Source: Macrostomum lignano (taxonomy: Eukaryota). Taken from it: 64,000 nt of DNA. The stretch spans positions 186,001-250,000 of the forward strand of contig NIVC01001306.1 in assembly GCA_002269645.1 (NCBI GenBank), in the 5' to 3' direction. Shown here piece by piece: positions 1 to 13,304 of this stretch (position 1 is the stretch's first letter; the number at the start of each line of letters is the position of its first letter). Position numbers and translations under genes: made by a program. The notes beneath the pieces were generated by a model. That model had not been told where the DNA came from. It saw only the letters and a program-made list of their open reading frames with translations, and made no database searches.

Positions 1-747
1 AAATTGATTTATTTCCGAGCCTGAGGCCCGAAGGCTTCCCCACAAGGGGGCCCGAAGGTCGAAACCCATCACATGTTAATTTTCAGCGACAGAAATTGCG
101 AGCGGAAGTAAAGGACTCGAACTCGAATATCAATCTAATAAACTATGGAGATCGGAAAGCATCAGTTTTTTTGCAAATTATAAAAAATACTTTAATCGTA
201 AGCTCCATTTTTACAAGGCAGTTTATCTCGTTCTCGTGGGTGATGCTTTTCCTGTAAAAACTATGGTGTTGTGCTTTAGAATCAAAAGTTTTTATTACTT
301 ACGAATATGAATGTCCCTGCAGTCAGCAGTATTTTACGCTACTTTTGACTAATTTACAAATATTTTAAAACTGTAATGCCCGTTGCCGTTGACGAATTTG
401 CCAGTTGAGTAAATTTTTGCTCCGTGTTATGAAGCTTAGCTGTTTTTTTTTCAATTTTTTTTAATACTTTAGGGCATATAAAGATATAATATTATAAAAA
501 CTTTTAAGAAAAAATATCTTGAAGATTGCTTAATGTTAACAAAAACTTTAAAGATATTGTATTTTTTGTTTATCTACATAGTCAGATGACTTTTTAACCT
601 TATAATTATCTTGGAAATATTATATTATATCTGAGTAATAACTCGACCACTAACAACTTTCGTCTGTCAATCATATTGGCATTTGCAATTTAGTTGCTAT
701 CCTTTGTCTAATCGAAGAAAGTCTATACCTCTAAAATCTTCTCCAAA

Positions 748-781
748 ATGAAATTCAAGTTTAAGGAGGACAACAACTTTG
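748..781 (+). CDS. GABARAPL2: ATG8/GABARAPL2-like autophagy protein, coding exon 1 (MKFKFKEDNNF-D)
   Basis: ATG at 748 in CAAAATG context; 34 nt to donor G|GTAAAT at 782; phase 1 joins exon 2 to give GAC. Confidence 0.93.
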
Positions 782-2640
782 GTAAATATTGTCTTTGAAA
801 TAATGTATGCTTACTCACTAATTAAGTGATTGTAATTTATCTTTCCAATAACGTATAAATATATAACCTAGCATCTTTCAAAAATACTAAACAGCACCTA
901 TATCTTCTAAATTTTCAATAATACATGATTTTTCTACAGCTCAACCAGTTTTGTCTAGGTCTAAGTCTAAGAAATTTCTCATTTCTAAATGTTAAGGGGA
1001 TTGAAGATTTAGAAAAACAAACTTTTTTGCAAAGGTCAAGCAAGATTTTAAAATTTTAGAAAATTGTAAGAATTTTTAGTCATAAGAGAAAAACTGACTA
1101 AATTCTAGTTCTAATAGAGATTTCATCACAACCCATAGTCTGGATCATGCTAGGTCACCTAGGTGTACGCCTAAACAAAAATCAAATAATTACAATTGCA
1201 CACCAAAAAAAAATTAAGTGCACACCCATTCTCAAAACTATGCCAGTATTGTGACAATAAATGACCTTTTTTACATTGTGACAATAAATGACTTTTTATA
1301 AATTGCATTATAGACACTTTTTCAGAAAATAATTGGTTTATTTTTATGTTTTTTTGACAATACTATTCATGGTGAAAAATATATATATGCAAAATTTGTT
1401 TATATGCTTTATTGCAAGCTTAAAACCTAGAAAGCTTGGACTTTATGCTAAAAATGAACTTTTTTCATCTTTTTTATATTTCACAAAAACTCTTTTTCAT
1501 GATTCTATGAAGTGCATGCCATATATACATGCACATTAGAGTGATGCATGCCAATTTTACACACCTACTTTTGGCATGCAAGGCCAATGCATGCCCAAAT
1601 TTTTGGGTGTATACTATATATATATATATATATATATATATGATCCAGAGTATGGATCACAATATATTTATTATGAATTTCATGGTTACATTGTGACTCT
1701 AACTTGAATTATATCACTAATTATTGCTTTAACCAACTTGATATAAGCATTGATTGATTAATATTAGAATTTATATCATAAATTTAATAAGAACTAGCCT
1801 ATATATAAATAGACTAAACTACGAATGTAGCCTATAATCATTTGACTTTAGCTGCAAATTTTATAGTACATATTGTTTTGTAAAGGTTTTTTTAAAATAA
1901 AAAATCTCATGCTAAAAAAGCAATTTTATATTAAATATAAAAGGAAAATTAAATCATGTATAGAAAGGATTATATAAAAAGTATCATGTCAAATATATAG
2001 ATTAGAGGTATAATTATGATTAAGCTATGGCTTAAAAGGAAGCTTTGATGCAAAAGCTCACAATGAATTATTAATATCTTAGGCTAGATGGTTGGCTTTT
2101 TATGGCTATTGCTTTTTTCTTTAAGTATCATTTTCTTTAATGATTCTAACAATAGAAATTATTTGCTAAAATCAATCACATAGACACAGACAGACCATTT
2201 TTAGTATATGGATACAAGGTCAAAAGCTACATGTAGCTTATTAAAAAAATTATTCTTGTCTTTGTTATCTTACTAATTACTAACTGATTGCTAGTATATA
2301 TTGTACTTTTATTTAGAAGACTTCGTATAATGGTTCAATTGTTAGTTTTGATCTCTGGAATCTAATCACTTGTATTTTGTCAATTCACTTTTTTATTGCT
2401 AGTATGACTCTTATGCTTAACAATAAATTTCTACTGTAAATTTAAAATGTATAAATTTAAGATTTAAGATAATTAAGGTGTAATTGCATGGTTTAGGATT
2501 TACAATACACTATAAAAAGCTTGCATTCCTATTAAGAATTGTTTAAACTTGCATTCTGTTTCATTAAATCATTGCATCAATAAGCTTTATTCTCATCTAA
2601 CCACTAGTTGATATTTCCTCCAACTCTGCAAATTCTTCAG

Positions 2641-2696
2641 ACCAACGCCAGAAGGATTCTAGGAAAATTCGGGAAAAATATGCCGAAAGAATTCCA
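2641..2696 (+). CDS. GABARAPL2: ATG8/GABARAPL2-like, exon 2 (QRQKDSRKIREKYAERIP)
   Basis: TTCTTCAG acceptor, GTGAGT donor; matches the ATG8 motif KIR.KY..R.P. Confidence 0.95.
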
Positions 2697-2778
2697 GTGA
2701 GTAACGACTCTAGTAATTCCCACACAATGAGTCTGCGTTCATATTTTGATTTGACACATGTTTATTTCCTCTATCCAG

Positions 2779-2951
2779 GTAATTGTCGAGCGAGTGCCCA
2801 ACTCGCAGATCACGGACATTGACAAACACAAATTTCTGGTGCCTCACGACATCAGCGTGGCGCAGTTCATGTGGATCATCCGCAAGCGAATCCAGCTGCA
2901 GCCCGAGCGGGCTCTGTTCCTGTTCGTTGGCAAGACTATTCCGCAGTCCAG
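2779..2951 (+). CDS. GABARAPL2: ATG8/GABARAPL2-like, exon 3 (VIVERVPNSQITDIDKHKFLVPHDISVAQFMWIIRKRIQLQPERALFLFVGKTIPQS)
   Basis: CTATCCAG acceptor, AG|GTGAGC donor; VAQFMWIIRKRIQL is characteristic of the GABARAPL2/GATE-16 type. Confidence 0.97.
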
Positions 2952-3000
2952 GTGAGCTGAGAGTGCGACGCAGTTCTAGTTGCTATTGTCTGTGGGACAA

Positions 3001-3548
3001 TGGGCCAGCCTCCCAGATCCTCAGTTGCTGGGCCAGCCTCTCAGATCATCAGTTGCTGGACCAGCCTCTCAGATCCTCAGTTGCTGGGCCAGCCTCCCAG
3101 ATCCTCAGTTGCTGGACCAGCCTCTCAGATCCTCAGTTGCTGGGCCAGCCTCCCAGATCCTCAGTTGCTGGGCCAGCCTCCCAGATCCTCAGTTACTGGG
3201 CCAGCCTCCCAGATCCTCAGTTGCTGGGCCAGCCTCCCAGATCCCCAGTTGCTGGGCCAGCCTCCCAGATCCTCAGTTACTGGGCCAGCCTCCCAGATCC
3301 TCAGTTGCTGGGCCAGCCTCCCAGATCCCCAGTTGCTGGGCCAGCCTCCCAGATCCTCAGTTGCTGGGCCAGCCTCCCAGATCCTCAGTTGCTGGGCCAG
3401 CCTCCCAGATCCTCAGTTGCTGAGCCAGCCTCCCAGATCCTCAGTTGCTGGACCAGCCTCCTAGATCCTCAGTTGCTGGGCCAGCCTCCTAGATCCTCAG
3501 TTGCTGGGCCAGCCTCTCAGATCCTCAGTTGCTGGGCCAGCCTCTCAG
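3001..3548. repeat. 28-bp minisatellite in ATG8 intron 3 (TGGGCCAGCCTCCCAGATCCTCAGTTGC, ~19 copies)
   Basis: direct tandem periodicity; explains ORFs 2783, 2980 and 3000. Confidence 0.97.
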
Positions 3549-3551
3549 TAA

Positions 3552-3668
<117 letters not shown>

Positions 3669-4075
3669 AATTGTCCGGCTCAGAAAACTGGATTGTCCGG
3701 TTCAGCTCTCGGACATTCCCAGAGTTGAGCCAGACGCGCTGTTGGTGTGGGTTCGTCGCTTGTGGGGTGTTTTTTAATAGCCACCGGTATAACAGTGAAA
3801 CTTTCTTTCTCAATAGTTTTAATTATTATTATTAACATATTTTTAATCGATTTGTAAAATTTTGATTTCCTTGTACCCGAGCGATTTCTTCAATATATCT
3901 TATTATTCCGTATGGATGCGACCTGCCTCTTTTCTTGTATTTGTTTTTTATTGTAATAATTTACTCGCAAGCTAAATGATCTTATTAGGTTTTGTTATAA
4001 TATAAACTATTAATGTCAGCCATTCCAGAATTAGTGCGACACGTTGCACTGTAATATGAATAGAGTTATATTATT

Positions 4076-4488
4076 AATAAAGAAATGCTAAGCTAGTCCC
4101 TGTGAATGAGACGTGCCTGCCTTGATTTAGGAATAATTGACTATTGCCAAGTTTGAAATTACTTAATTAATTGCCTTGTTGCTATCCAGGTCGGCTGCAC
4201 ATTCAACTTGTCTCTGATTCTATAATTTGTTATATTACGGTGAGGACTGAGACTTCTCTCTGTATCTAAATATAGCCTTTGGTGTTGTTCTTTTTTATCA
4301 CAGTTCAATAAATGAATGTACGGGTTGTTGTCTAATTGAGATACTGTGTGCTCAAAACCTCCAACTGTACAAGGTTGCGACTGCTATGCACATACTCGTA
4401 GTAATTAAATCTGTTTCTATACTAATATACAACTATCATCATGGCCATTCTGCGGATTAGAGTTTTATTTGTTATTTCGACTAATAAA
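4076..4488 (+). terminator. candidate polyadenylation signals of the ATG8 gene
   Basis: AATAAA at 4076, 4307 and 4483 in the AT-rich region after the stop; which is used is unknown. Confidence 0.4.
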
Positions 4489-4572
4489 CTGTAACCCATT
4501 TGTTTGCTTATAAAATCATTGCTTATAAAAAACAAAAGTAATATTTCAATTGGATCATACTGTCTGATCCTC

Positions 4573-5366
4573 CAGTGACCCTATCCGCTACTCTCTGACC
4601 TCCAGTGACCCTATCAGCTACTCTAATCCTTCAGTGACCCTATCCGCTATTCTCTGACCCTTCAGTGACCCTATCCGCTATTCTCTGACCTCCAGTGACC
4701 CTATCAGCTACTCTAATCCTTCAGTGACCCTATCCGCTATTCTCTGACCCTTCAGTGACCCTATCCGCTATTCTCTGACCTCCAGTGACCCTATTAGCTA
4801 CTCTAATCCTTTAGTGACCCTATCCGCTATTCTCTGACCCTTCAGTGACCCTATCCGCTATTCTCTGACCTCCAGTGACCCTATTAGCTACTCTAATCCT
4901 TTAGTGACCCTATCCGCTATTCTCTGACCCTTCAGTGACCCTATCCGCTACTCTCTGACCTCCAGTGACCCTATTAGCTACTCTAATCCTTCAGTGACCC
5001 TATCCGCTATTCTCTGACCCTTCAGTGACCCTATCCGCTATTCTCTGACCTTCAGTGACCCTATCCGCTATTCTCTGACCCTTCAGTGACCCTATCCGCT
5101 ACTTTCTGACCTTCAGTGACCCTATCCGCTATTCTCTGACCCTTCAGTGACCCTATCCGCTACTTTCTGACCTTCAGTGACCCTATCCGCTATTCTCTGA
5201 CCCTTCAGTGACCCTATTAGCTACTCTAATCCTTCAGTGACCCTATCCGCTATTCTCTGACCCTTCAGTGACCCTATCCGCTACTTTCTGACCTTCAGTG
5301 ACCCTATCCGCTATTCTCTGACCTTCAGTGATCCTATCAACTATTCTCTGGCCCTTCAGTGACTCT
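4573..5366. repeat. 29-31-bp minisatellite (CAGTGACCCTATCCGCTATTCTCTGACCCTT and variants)
   Basis: tandem units between the convergent ATG8 and MS4A-like 3' ends. Confidence 0.95.
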
Positions 5367-5865
5367 ATATGGCCTTTTAATTTATAATTCGTAAGCTGAT
5401 AAATGTACTTTTAAGATTTGTACTTCGTATTAACAGAACGAAACTCAAATTCACTTTAGATCGGAAATGTTTTGATTGGTGCAACTTTTCCAATAAAAAA
5501 TCGGGAATGGCTGGTTAATAAAAGGTATAACTGTATTTGTTAGAGAAAACTGTCTGAACAATAAAATTACAACCAAGTTAAATTCATAGGAATATACATG
5601 CATGCAATATATGAAGAAATACAGCTGATTATACAATTCCACCATGTTTCTGTTATTAAAAATCAACTAAATTCAGAAGCGGTATGTAAAAAAGTCATTC
5701 AGAGAATGAAAATGGAATGCAGGTCTGAATGTGGCAACTCAGAAGTAAAGCTAGCTAAAGTAAAAATGAGAATAATAGCAAAAAAGATTGATTGGTTCAA
5801 TCCTAATTGTTTGTTCAGTTCAATAACAGATTGCTTGGCACCAAATATTGATAAAAGCCGCTGCC

Positions 5866-5967
5866 TTATGCAGTATTCAGCTGTACAGAACGCTGCTGTT
5901 GAATGCTCTGCCGAGGCTTGGGCTGCGGTGGCTGCTGCCTCCGCTCCGGTGGTGGCATCTGCGGCTG
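5866..5967 (-). CDS. four-TM membrane protein, terminal exon (QPQMPPPERRQQPPQPKPRQSIQQQRSVQLNTA*)
   Basis: ACACAG acceptor, phase 0, P/Q-rich tail ending in TAA; total CDS 744 nt = 247 aa + stop. Confidence 0.7.
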   Translation of the reverse strand, partial: QPQMPPPERRQQPPQPKPRQSIQQQRSVQLNTA

Positions 5968-6055
5968 CTGTGTGTGTGTGGTGGATTAAAAAATAATTAA
6001 AGATCACTTTCAGGGTTTAAAATGTGCAGATTTAAAAATAAGCACAGTAGCTCAC

Positions 6056-6506
6056 CTGGCTCGGAGTCGCCAATGCGGAACCTCTCGGCTGCTTCCGGCC
6101 GTCGCCTCTATTCAACAAGTTCTTGGTCTCTGGCGCCGGGATCTGTGCTTCTTGATCTCCGGCGGCAGAGCAGAGCCGTCCGACTGTCCTGTACAAAACG
6201 GCGCCTGCTAGCGCGGCGAATGCGGCGTAGCCAACCAGCTGGAAGGCGCACTTTGCCATCACTAGTTTGCCGGAGGCGGCGCAGCTACCCGGCTGGCTGA
6301 GCCGCAGTTTGGCGCGGTGCAACTCAAAGCCGGCAACGGCCAGGCCGGCTGCCAGCACGGCTAGCAGGGCCGAGCCGCCGGCCGTCAGTCCGGCCGACCA
6401 GGACTGGCTGGAGCGGCCGAGGCTGGCCGACAACAGGCAGGAGAATCCGGTGGCTGACAGGCCGACCCAAATCCCGCTGCCGTAGACAGCGTAGTTGCGG
6501 CGGAAT
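6056..6506 (-). CDS. four-TM CD20/MS4A-like membrane protein, exon 2 (FRRNYAVYGSGIWVGLSATGFSCLL...AGAVLYRTVGRL...ATPSQ)
   Basis: GC-rich 451-nt open frame between CCGTAG acceptor and CAG|GTGAGC donor; three hydrophobic helices; GSGIWVG resembles the G.GIW.G motif of CD20-like proteins (family call is inference). Confidence 0.8.
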
Positions 6507-6589
6507 CTACGGTGCGTGCAGTAGGGATTCAAAGCTTGGGGATTTTGATGTTCGCTTTTCGCTTTTCGCCTTATCTCCTCATTTTTATC

Positions 6590-7250
6590 TCTAATCTCCA
6601 CTGCTCTCCCTTCTCTACTCTCCCCTGTTCTCCCTTCTCTACTCTCCACTGTTCTCCCTACTCTACTCTCCACTGTTCTCCCTACTCTACTCTCCACTGT
6701 TCTCCCTACTCTACTCTCCACTGTTCTCCCTACTCTACTCTCCCCTGTTCTCTCTACTCTACTCTCCACTGTTCTCCCTACTCTACTCTCCACTGTTCCC
6801 CCTACTCTACTCTCCACTGTTCCCCCTACTCTACTCTCCACTGTTCTCCCTACTCTACTCTCCCCTGTTCTCTCTACTCTACTCTCCCCTATTCTCTCTA
6901 CTCTACTCTCCCCTGTTCTCTCTACTCTACTCCACTGTTCTCTCTTCTCTACTCTCCACTGTCCCCCCTACTCTACTCTCCACTGTTCCCCCTTCTCTAC
7001 TCTCCACTTTTCCCCCTACTCTACTCTCTACTGTTCTCCCTACTCTACTCTCCCCTGTTCTCCCTACTCTACTCTCCACTGTTCCCCCTACTCTACTCTC
7101 TACTGTTCTCCCTACTCTACTCTCCCCTGTTCTCTCTACTCTACTCTCCCCTGTTCTCTCTACTCTACTCTCCCCTGTTCTCTCTACTCTACTCTCCCCT
7201 GTTCTCTCTACTCTACTCTCCACTGTTCTAACTTCTCTACTCTCCACTGT
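6590..7250. repeat. 24-bp minisatellite (CTCTACTCTCCACTGTTCTCCCTA) in intron 1 of the minus-strand gene
   Basis: tandem periodicity; source of the spurious ESRVGRTV repeat ORFs. Confidence 0.95.
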
Positions 7251-7623
7251 TCTCTCCTTTTTATTCCTACTGTTCTTCCTTCTTTACTGCTCTCCTGTCT
7301 TCTCTTTTCTCTTTTCTCTCCTCTCCTTTCTCTTCTGACCTTTCCCTCTTGTCTAATATTTTCTCTTCGCTGGCTTTTGTGGTACTGCCACAAAGTAAGG
7401 TGATAGTCGACCCATGTCAAATGGCACAGAAGACATAAATATAATGCACATTCCGCCAACTCAAGGCCCTGACTTTCTCATAGTCGGGTACATGGTTGGC
7501 AGCTGGTATGAGTTACTCAAAGGCATGAATTTCCCAATTAACCCAAAATTAATGCGACTGACCTATGCAACTGCTACAAGCAATGGAGCAAATAATGACG
7601 CAGTGCCCTAAAAAAATACTAAC

Positions 7624-7814
7624 CCAATGGTGATGACTTCAAATAGTAGTATCAAGCCTGACCAGATCATCAGAATAGGTGGTATTGCCATGAAAAACTG
7701 CTCTCTATTACTAACTTTCTGTTTAGTGACAATGACAGGTTGTTGGGACTCCATGTGGACATTGCCATGGCTAATTCTAGCCAATTCAACTGAGCCAGCT
7801 GTATAGGACTGCAT
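7624..7814 (-). CDS. four-TM CD20/MS4A-like membrane protein, coding exon 1 (MQSYTAG...AIPPILMIWSGLILLFEVITI-G)
   Basis: ATG at 7814; TM1; donor GG|GTTAGT in phase 2 matches the phase of exon 2. Confidence 0.72.
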
Positions 7815-9848
7815 GTGTCTCTAGAATAGAAATAAATTAAGATTTATGACATATTATTAGCATTTAGGAACTTTGTAAAAATTTGATTAGTAGATACTTT
7901 GAATCATGAATCTACTAATTTTATCATGCTAGTTAAACTTCATTGAGTTTTTGGTCTTCAGTTTAGATCATAATCATATACTGTATTTTAAATACTATTT
8001 TAGTTATATTTGATTATCTGAATAAAAAACAACCAGATATCTAAATTTATAAAAAGTATTAATAGAGACTGATACTTTACAGGTTTAAACTATTGAAAAA
8101 TATAAAAAGAATTAACAAGTAGACAAAATTTGAAGTCATAATTGTTTATGAATCTATTGTTCTTATAATAAGCTATAAATTTCAGCTATTGTCTTTATTG
8201 ATATTGATAAAATTGATTAGAAATTAAATTAAATTTCTTAAATTCTTTCTTATTTCTTAAATTAAGAAATAAAAAGTGCATAATTAAAAAAATAAAAGTG
8301 ATAATTAATTGATAAAAATTAATATTGATTAATACAAATACCTAATTATAAAACAAGACAAAGCAAAAAAACATTTTTGAATCAATTTATCAAAAATCAT
8401 CTTGAATTCTACATCTTTGGTTTGCTTTTTGCTGGAGGACTCTTGTCTTGAGCTCAAAACAAATGTAATTAATTGACATAGCTAGTGCTTGAATTTATTT
8501 CAAGACTAGAATGAGAAATTTACATGATTACAGGCTTTTAATCTCTGCGTGGTACAACTATATAGTATATAGTGTTATGTAAATGTTCTAATCTAATCAA
8601 TCAAGACGATTTAAGAGAATGCATTATGATTTACTTTCATTAGCCACTATTTGTGAATTTGTATGCAATTTGTAAACAGCAAGCAATATATACATATACA
8701 GAAATTGCGTCTCAGTTTAGTCGAATTTCCATTTCCTCTCATTCAGTGTTTCAGGCCAAGAACCGACTCATTTTCCAACAACTTAACTGCAACGTACGTT
8801 CGGAATAGCAACGATCGTTTCCTAGAAAGTTACGTTTTTGAAAATCAAGAATTTATATTTTTAACAAAGGCACGAACGAAGTATAATTTTGTTTTTATGA
8901 TGCTTTTAATAGAATAAAATTTGAGAGTAAATTCAAAGCAACGAAAAATTTTTTGCCATATGACTTTATTACTTTTAAAAAATGTGCAGCAACAGATATA
9001 GTGCAAACAAACTGACTTTCAGTGACTTCAGTTAATGTTCACAGAAAAATTATAATTTAAATGCATGTATGACGCATACGTATCTTTAGGCTTTTTGTTT
9101 TTCATATTGCTTATTCTGGTTCTAGATTCTGGTTCTTTGTCTCCTAAACTAGAGGGATATTAGTGCTTTAAAGTTGTGATTATTGAATGGCAATGCCAAG
9201 AAGAAAGTGAAAAATTGTGCAAAGTGAGGCAGTCAAACATTCAACAAAGTTTAATTATACTGCTTTTTTCTGGGAAATCCGAACCGATTCTGGTTCTGGA
9301 ATTGGTAATGTTAAAAGCCCCTTTCTAATGGAACAATAAAAGATGAAGTCGTTTCAGAAAGCTCTGCTTTTCTTGGATTTGTCATTAATGTTCTGTATGC
9401 CCGAGTAGTCATACATGATCTTAAAAATTCTATACAGCAGTCCCGAAAAATAAACTATCAAAAAGGATATTTCATATTTTCTCCCGCTTTTTTGACACTG
9501 CTTAAGATTGTTGAGTTTGATAGCATCTTTCGTTGGCAACCGGTTAAGTTAACTAAAAGTATTATAAGAACCTTAAACGATAAAAGGGTAATTGAAACTT
9601 TTCTTACCTTAAGCTTGCAGTTCAAAAAGATTTAGGTAAAAAATTGTTTTATTGATTTAAGAATAATACGGAAGATAAAATACAACTTTTTGATTTTCTT
9701 ACTACTTTGTTAAACACTGATATTAAGTTTTTAGAGTCATCTCAAAATTCAAACATTTTACTTTTTGCGAGATCTACGGGATAGATAGATCTAGATTAGA
9801 AATTATTTGCATCTTTGGTTGATTCTTAAGTCGACTAAATAGCTTGAA

Positions 9849-10104
9849 ATGAATCTTTCCGGTTTCTCTATTATTATTTTGTCTCTTGTTTGCGCTGTGC
9901 TCGCCACTGACATTGACAAGATCGAATGGGGAAAGCACCATGACAACAAAGAAGTATTTGAGATTCTAGAAGCAGTAAACAAGAGATGTCCTGATATCAC
10001 TTCTTTGTACCATCTTAAATATCGTGATACATCTGGTAATGAACGCGACGAGACTCCACGAGGCAACAAGCTCCATGTTCTTGCTTTTGGAACGTCCGAA
10101 CCAG
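9849..10104 (+). CDS. CPE: carboxypeptidase E/D-like (M14B), exon 1 with signal peptide
   Basis: MNLSGFSIIILSLVCAVLA signal peptide; HH.N.E....L..V...CP.IT..Y as in CPE/CPD; donor G|GTAAAA. Confidence 0.9.
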
Positions 10105-11010
10105 GTAAAAAAATTGTATAGAGCAAAAATGTCTGACCTAGTTTTTCTTTGATGGTAATGAGTCAAACTCATGACAATGTTACAATGTAATGGTTTTTCA
10201 TTAAATTGTATTTTCTTGTATATAATCGTGTCTGTAGCCCTGAAGAGTTCCATTTTGCTACACTATTTAATTAAAAAATGTTTTTTTTTGTTTTTAAAGA
10301 AATGGTTGATTACAGGCTTTTACTTTAAGAACTATACTTAGCAGTTAAGAATTATACTTACTTTAAGAACAGCATATGGAAAATCTATATGACATTAGTT
10401 TAAATATATTTTAATACAGTTTTGCACATTTTAATACATATTAGGTCCTATGCATTCATGCTACTTCTATGGTTCTTTGGTATATTTTAAAGGAAGTCTT
10501 TGAGCTATGCCACTATGGTTCTGCCTTTGATATAGTTTTTTTTTGTAATAAATAACTCATAACTTATATATACAGTTTAATTGTATTCCATATGCCACAG
10601 TTGATTTTTTATTGTAAATGAATGCAAGCAAGTAGTTTAAAGTACTTATACTTTGAAAAATATGTTAATATGACAAAATGTTTTAGGAAATAAGCATTTT
10701 CCTTCTAGTTTTATATAACCCTATTTAGAATATTCTCTATTTATTGATGTACTGGTTAGTTTTTTTTGCAAATAGATATCAATAACAACTGAAATTGACC
10801 CTGGGTTCAAAGTTGCACCCAACACCCAGACAAAAAACCTAGATATTCATATTCTATTTTCTTATGCTAGTTTGGTATGGATGCTTAGTATAGATAGATG
10901 TTTTCTCTCAAAATAGTTTAATAAGCTAATTCATAGAAGCATGACATTTCTAGTAAGAGGTAAAAAAGGTACTGTTATAACAAATACTAGCAAAATTTGT
11001 TTCCAAACAG

Positions 11011-11362
11011 GCCGCCCAGAGTTCAAGTGGGTTGGCAACATGCATGGCAACGAGGTTGTTGGCCGCGAGCTGATTCTCCGCCTAGCTGTGGACCTCTGCC
11101 TGGGCCATCGCAATGGCAACCCGCTGGCCGCCAGCCTGGTTGGCCGCGCCCGCCTGCACCTCATGCCCAGCATGAACCCTGACGGCTGGGAGATCGCCAA
11201 CGACCCCTCCGCCCCAGGCCGTCGCACCGAGGTCAAAGGCCGCCAGAATGCCAACAATGTGGACCTGAACAGGGACTTCCCAGATCTGGACAGGCGCATC
11301 TACGAGCTGGAGCGAGCCGGCACTGGACCGTTCGACCACCTGTTTAGCAACCACACTGGGCG
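11011..11362 (+). CDS. CPE: carboxypeptidase E/D-like, exon 2
   Basis: PEFKWVGNMHGNEVVGRE (Zn ligands His and Glu), PSMNPDG, GRQNANNVDLNRDFPD; AAACAG acceptor, CG|GTTCGT donor. Confidence 0.95.
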
Positions 11363-11550
11363 GTTCGTCAGCTGATTTGGCATTATTTTATAATTTTGCA
11401 GCCCCGCTTTTTAACTGTTTATAATCTGTGTATTTCGAACAGGGTTTGGCAAACTCTGGCCTATATGCGGTCCGCAAAGCCTCTATCCAGCCCTCGGGTC
11501 CTTTGAAACTTCACAGTAGCCATCCGGCCCGTCAAGGTTTGTGTTTCTCA

Positions 11551-11690
11551 ACTCTCTTCTCTCTAATCTACTCTCTCCTCTCTCTCATCTCCTCTTCTCT
11601 CTCTCTCTCTCATCTCCTCTTCTCTCTCTCTTTCTCTCATCTCCTCTCTCTCTCTCTCTCATCTCCTCTTCTCTCTCTCTCTTTCTCTCA

Positions 11691-11724
<34 letters not shown>

Positions 11725-11800
11725 ATCTCCTCTTCTCTCCTCTCGCCTTCTCTCTCCTCTTCTCTCTTCTCGTCTTCTCTCTCTCTCTCGTCTTCTCTTC
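11551..11800. repeat. CT-rich low-complexity tract, CPE intron 2
   Basis: near-pure polypyrimidine. Confidence 0.9.
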
Positions 11801-11943
11801 TTGGGAAAAAATCTTGGGATTTAGATTCAGCAGTTATTCCGTTGTTATCCCAGGATTTAGTTGCTGAGCAAATTCCCTATAATATCGATCCGATCAAAAA
11901 TCCATAAATGGCATATAGAATCAACACCCTCCCTACTACACAG

Positions 11944-12307
11944 GTGCGGCCGCCAGCCCGAGACCTGCATGGTGATGAAGTGGATTCTGACCAACAATTT
12001 CGTCCTGTCGGCCAACCTGCACGGCGGCGACAAAGTGGCCAATTATCCCTACGACGAGTCCCGGCCAGACAGCCCCAATGCCTATTCGGCCTCGCCAGAC
12101 GACCGCCTGTTCCGCCAACTTGCCCTGGCCTATTCGTCCGGAAATCCGGCCATGTACGACCGGCGCTACGCCTGCCCGGCCGAGGGCGGCGCCGACGGTC
12201 GGCCGAATCCGTTCCGCCGGGGTGTCACCAACGGCGCCAAATGGTACAGCGTGGCCAGCGGCATGCAGGACTTCAACTATTTGGCCTCCAACTGCTACGA
12301 GATTACG
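11944..12307 (+). CDS. CPE: carboxypeptidase E/D-like, exon 3
   Basis: [14 protein letters not shown] (third Zn ligand His), [35 protein letters not shown]; phases fit on both sides. Confidence 0.96.
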
Positions 12308-12344
12308 GTTGGTGTTTTTTTGTTTGTTTTTACAATAGCAGAAA

Positions 12345-12810
12345 CTAGTCTTTGTCACTTTTTGTGTGTCTTTGTTGGTGATGGTTTATGGGTCTTTGTT
12401 GGTGATGGTTTTATGGGTCTTTGTCGTGGATGGTTTTATGAGTCTTTGTTGGTGATGGTTTTATGGGTCTTTATTGATTATGGTTTTTATGGTTCTTTGC
12501 CATTGATAGTTTTATGAGTCTGTCGATAATGATTTTATGGGTCTTTGTTGGTGATGATTTTTTATGGGTTTTTTTGTTGATGATTTGATGGGTCTTTGCT
12601 TGCGATGGATTTTGTGGGTCTTTGTTGGTGATGGTTTTATCGGTCTTTGTTGGTGATGGTTCATTGGTTTTATGTGTCTGTTATTTATGGTTTAAGGGTC
12701 TTTGTTATTTATGGTTTATGGGTCTTTGTTATTTGTGGTTTTGGGGTCAGTTCTTGATGGTTTTCTGGGTCTCTGCTGGTGATGGTTTTATAGGTCTTTA
12801 TTGGTGATGA
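12345..12810. repeat. degenerate ~25-bp repeat (GTCTTTGTTGGTGATGGTTTTATGG), CPE intron 3
   Basis: imperfect tandem units starting just after the donor. Confidence 0.85.
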
Positions 12811-13304
12811 CTGTGTGTCTGTCGGTGCTATTCTACATGTATAATTCAGAGATAATTGCTTTTAAACTGCACGCGGTCCACATCCTTGTGCTACATCCTG
12901 GATATGGACAGATTTTCAAAAAATATGCTATGTTAGATTTAGGAATTTATTTCTAATTTTAGCAATTTCGCCACTTCGCCGTATACCCTGGTTCGTGTAG
13001 TCGCAATCTGGGGCAAACGAACAATTTTTTATGATTCGAAATTTCGCAATTCCACAGCCGGGAAGCAATTATAGCAATTTGGCCAGCCTGTTTCTTTAAT
13101 CCGTCCTGGAGCAATCTGGCTTCCCTTTGAACTTAACGAGTTGTCTTTGACTTGCTTTGCGTGCCAGTACGTGGGCGGGGCCGAAATCGGGACTTGAGCA
13201 TTCTGATGAGCATTGGGTTTTTATACTGTTGAGATCTGCCTGCCTGAGACTCGACGGCGAAATCTCTCAGAAATCTTGCAAAAACATTTCGACTATTTAG
13301 CAAG

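Noticed and set aside
17-70. Possible hammerhead ribozyme (CTGAGG...CCCGAAGG...CGAAAC)
   Set aside because: The core reads CTGAGGC rather than CTGANGA, and I could not form stems I and III; more likely a repeat-end motif cut by the window edge
7400-7623. Continuation of the minus-strand exon through the T7 run by frameshift, or an extra exon at ~7400-7505
   Set aside because: All frames stop quickly, and the direct 7624-to-6506 splice is in phase and gives a coherent four-TM protein
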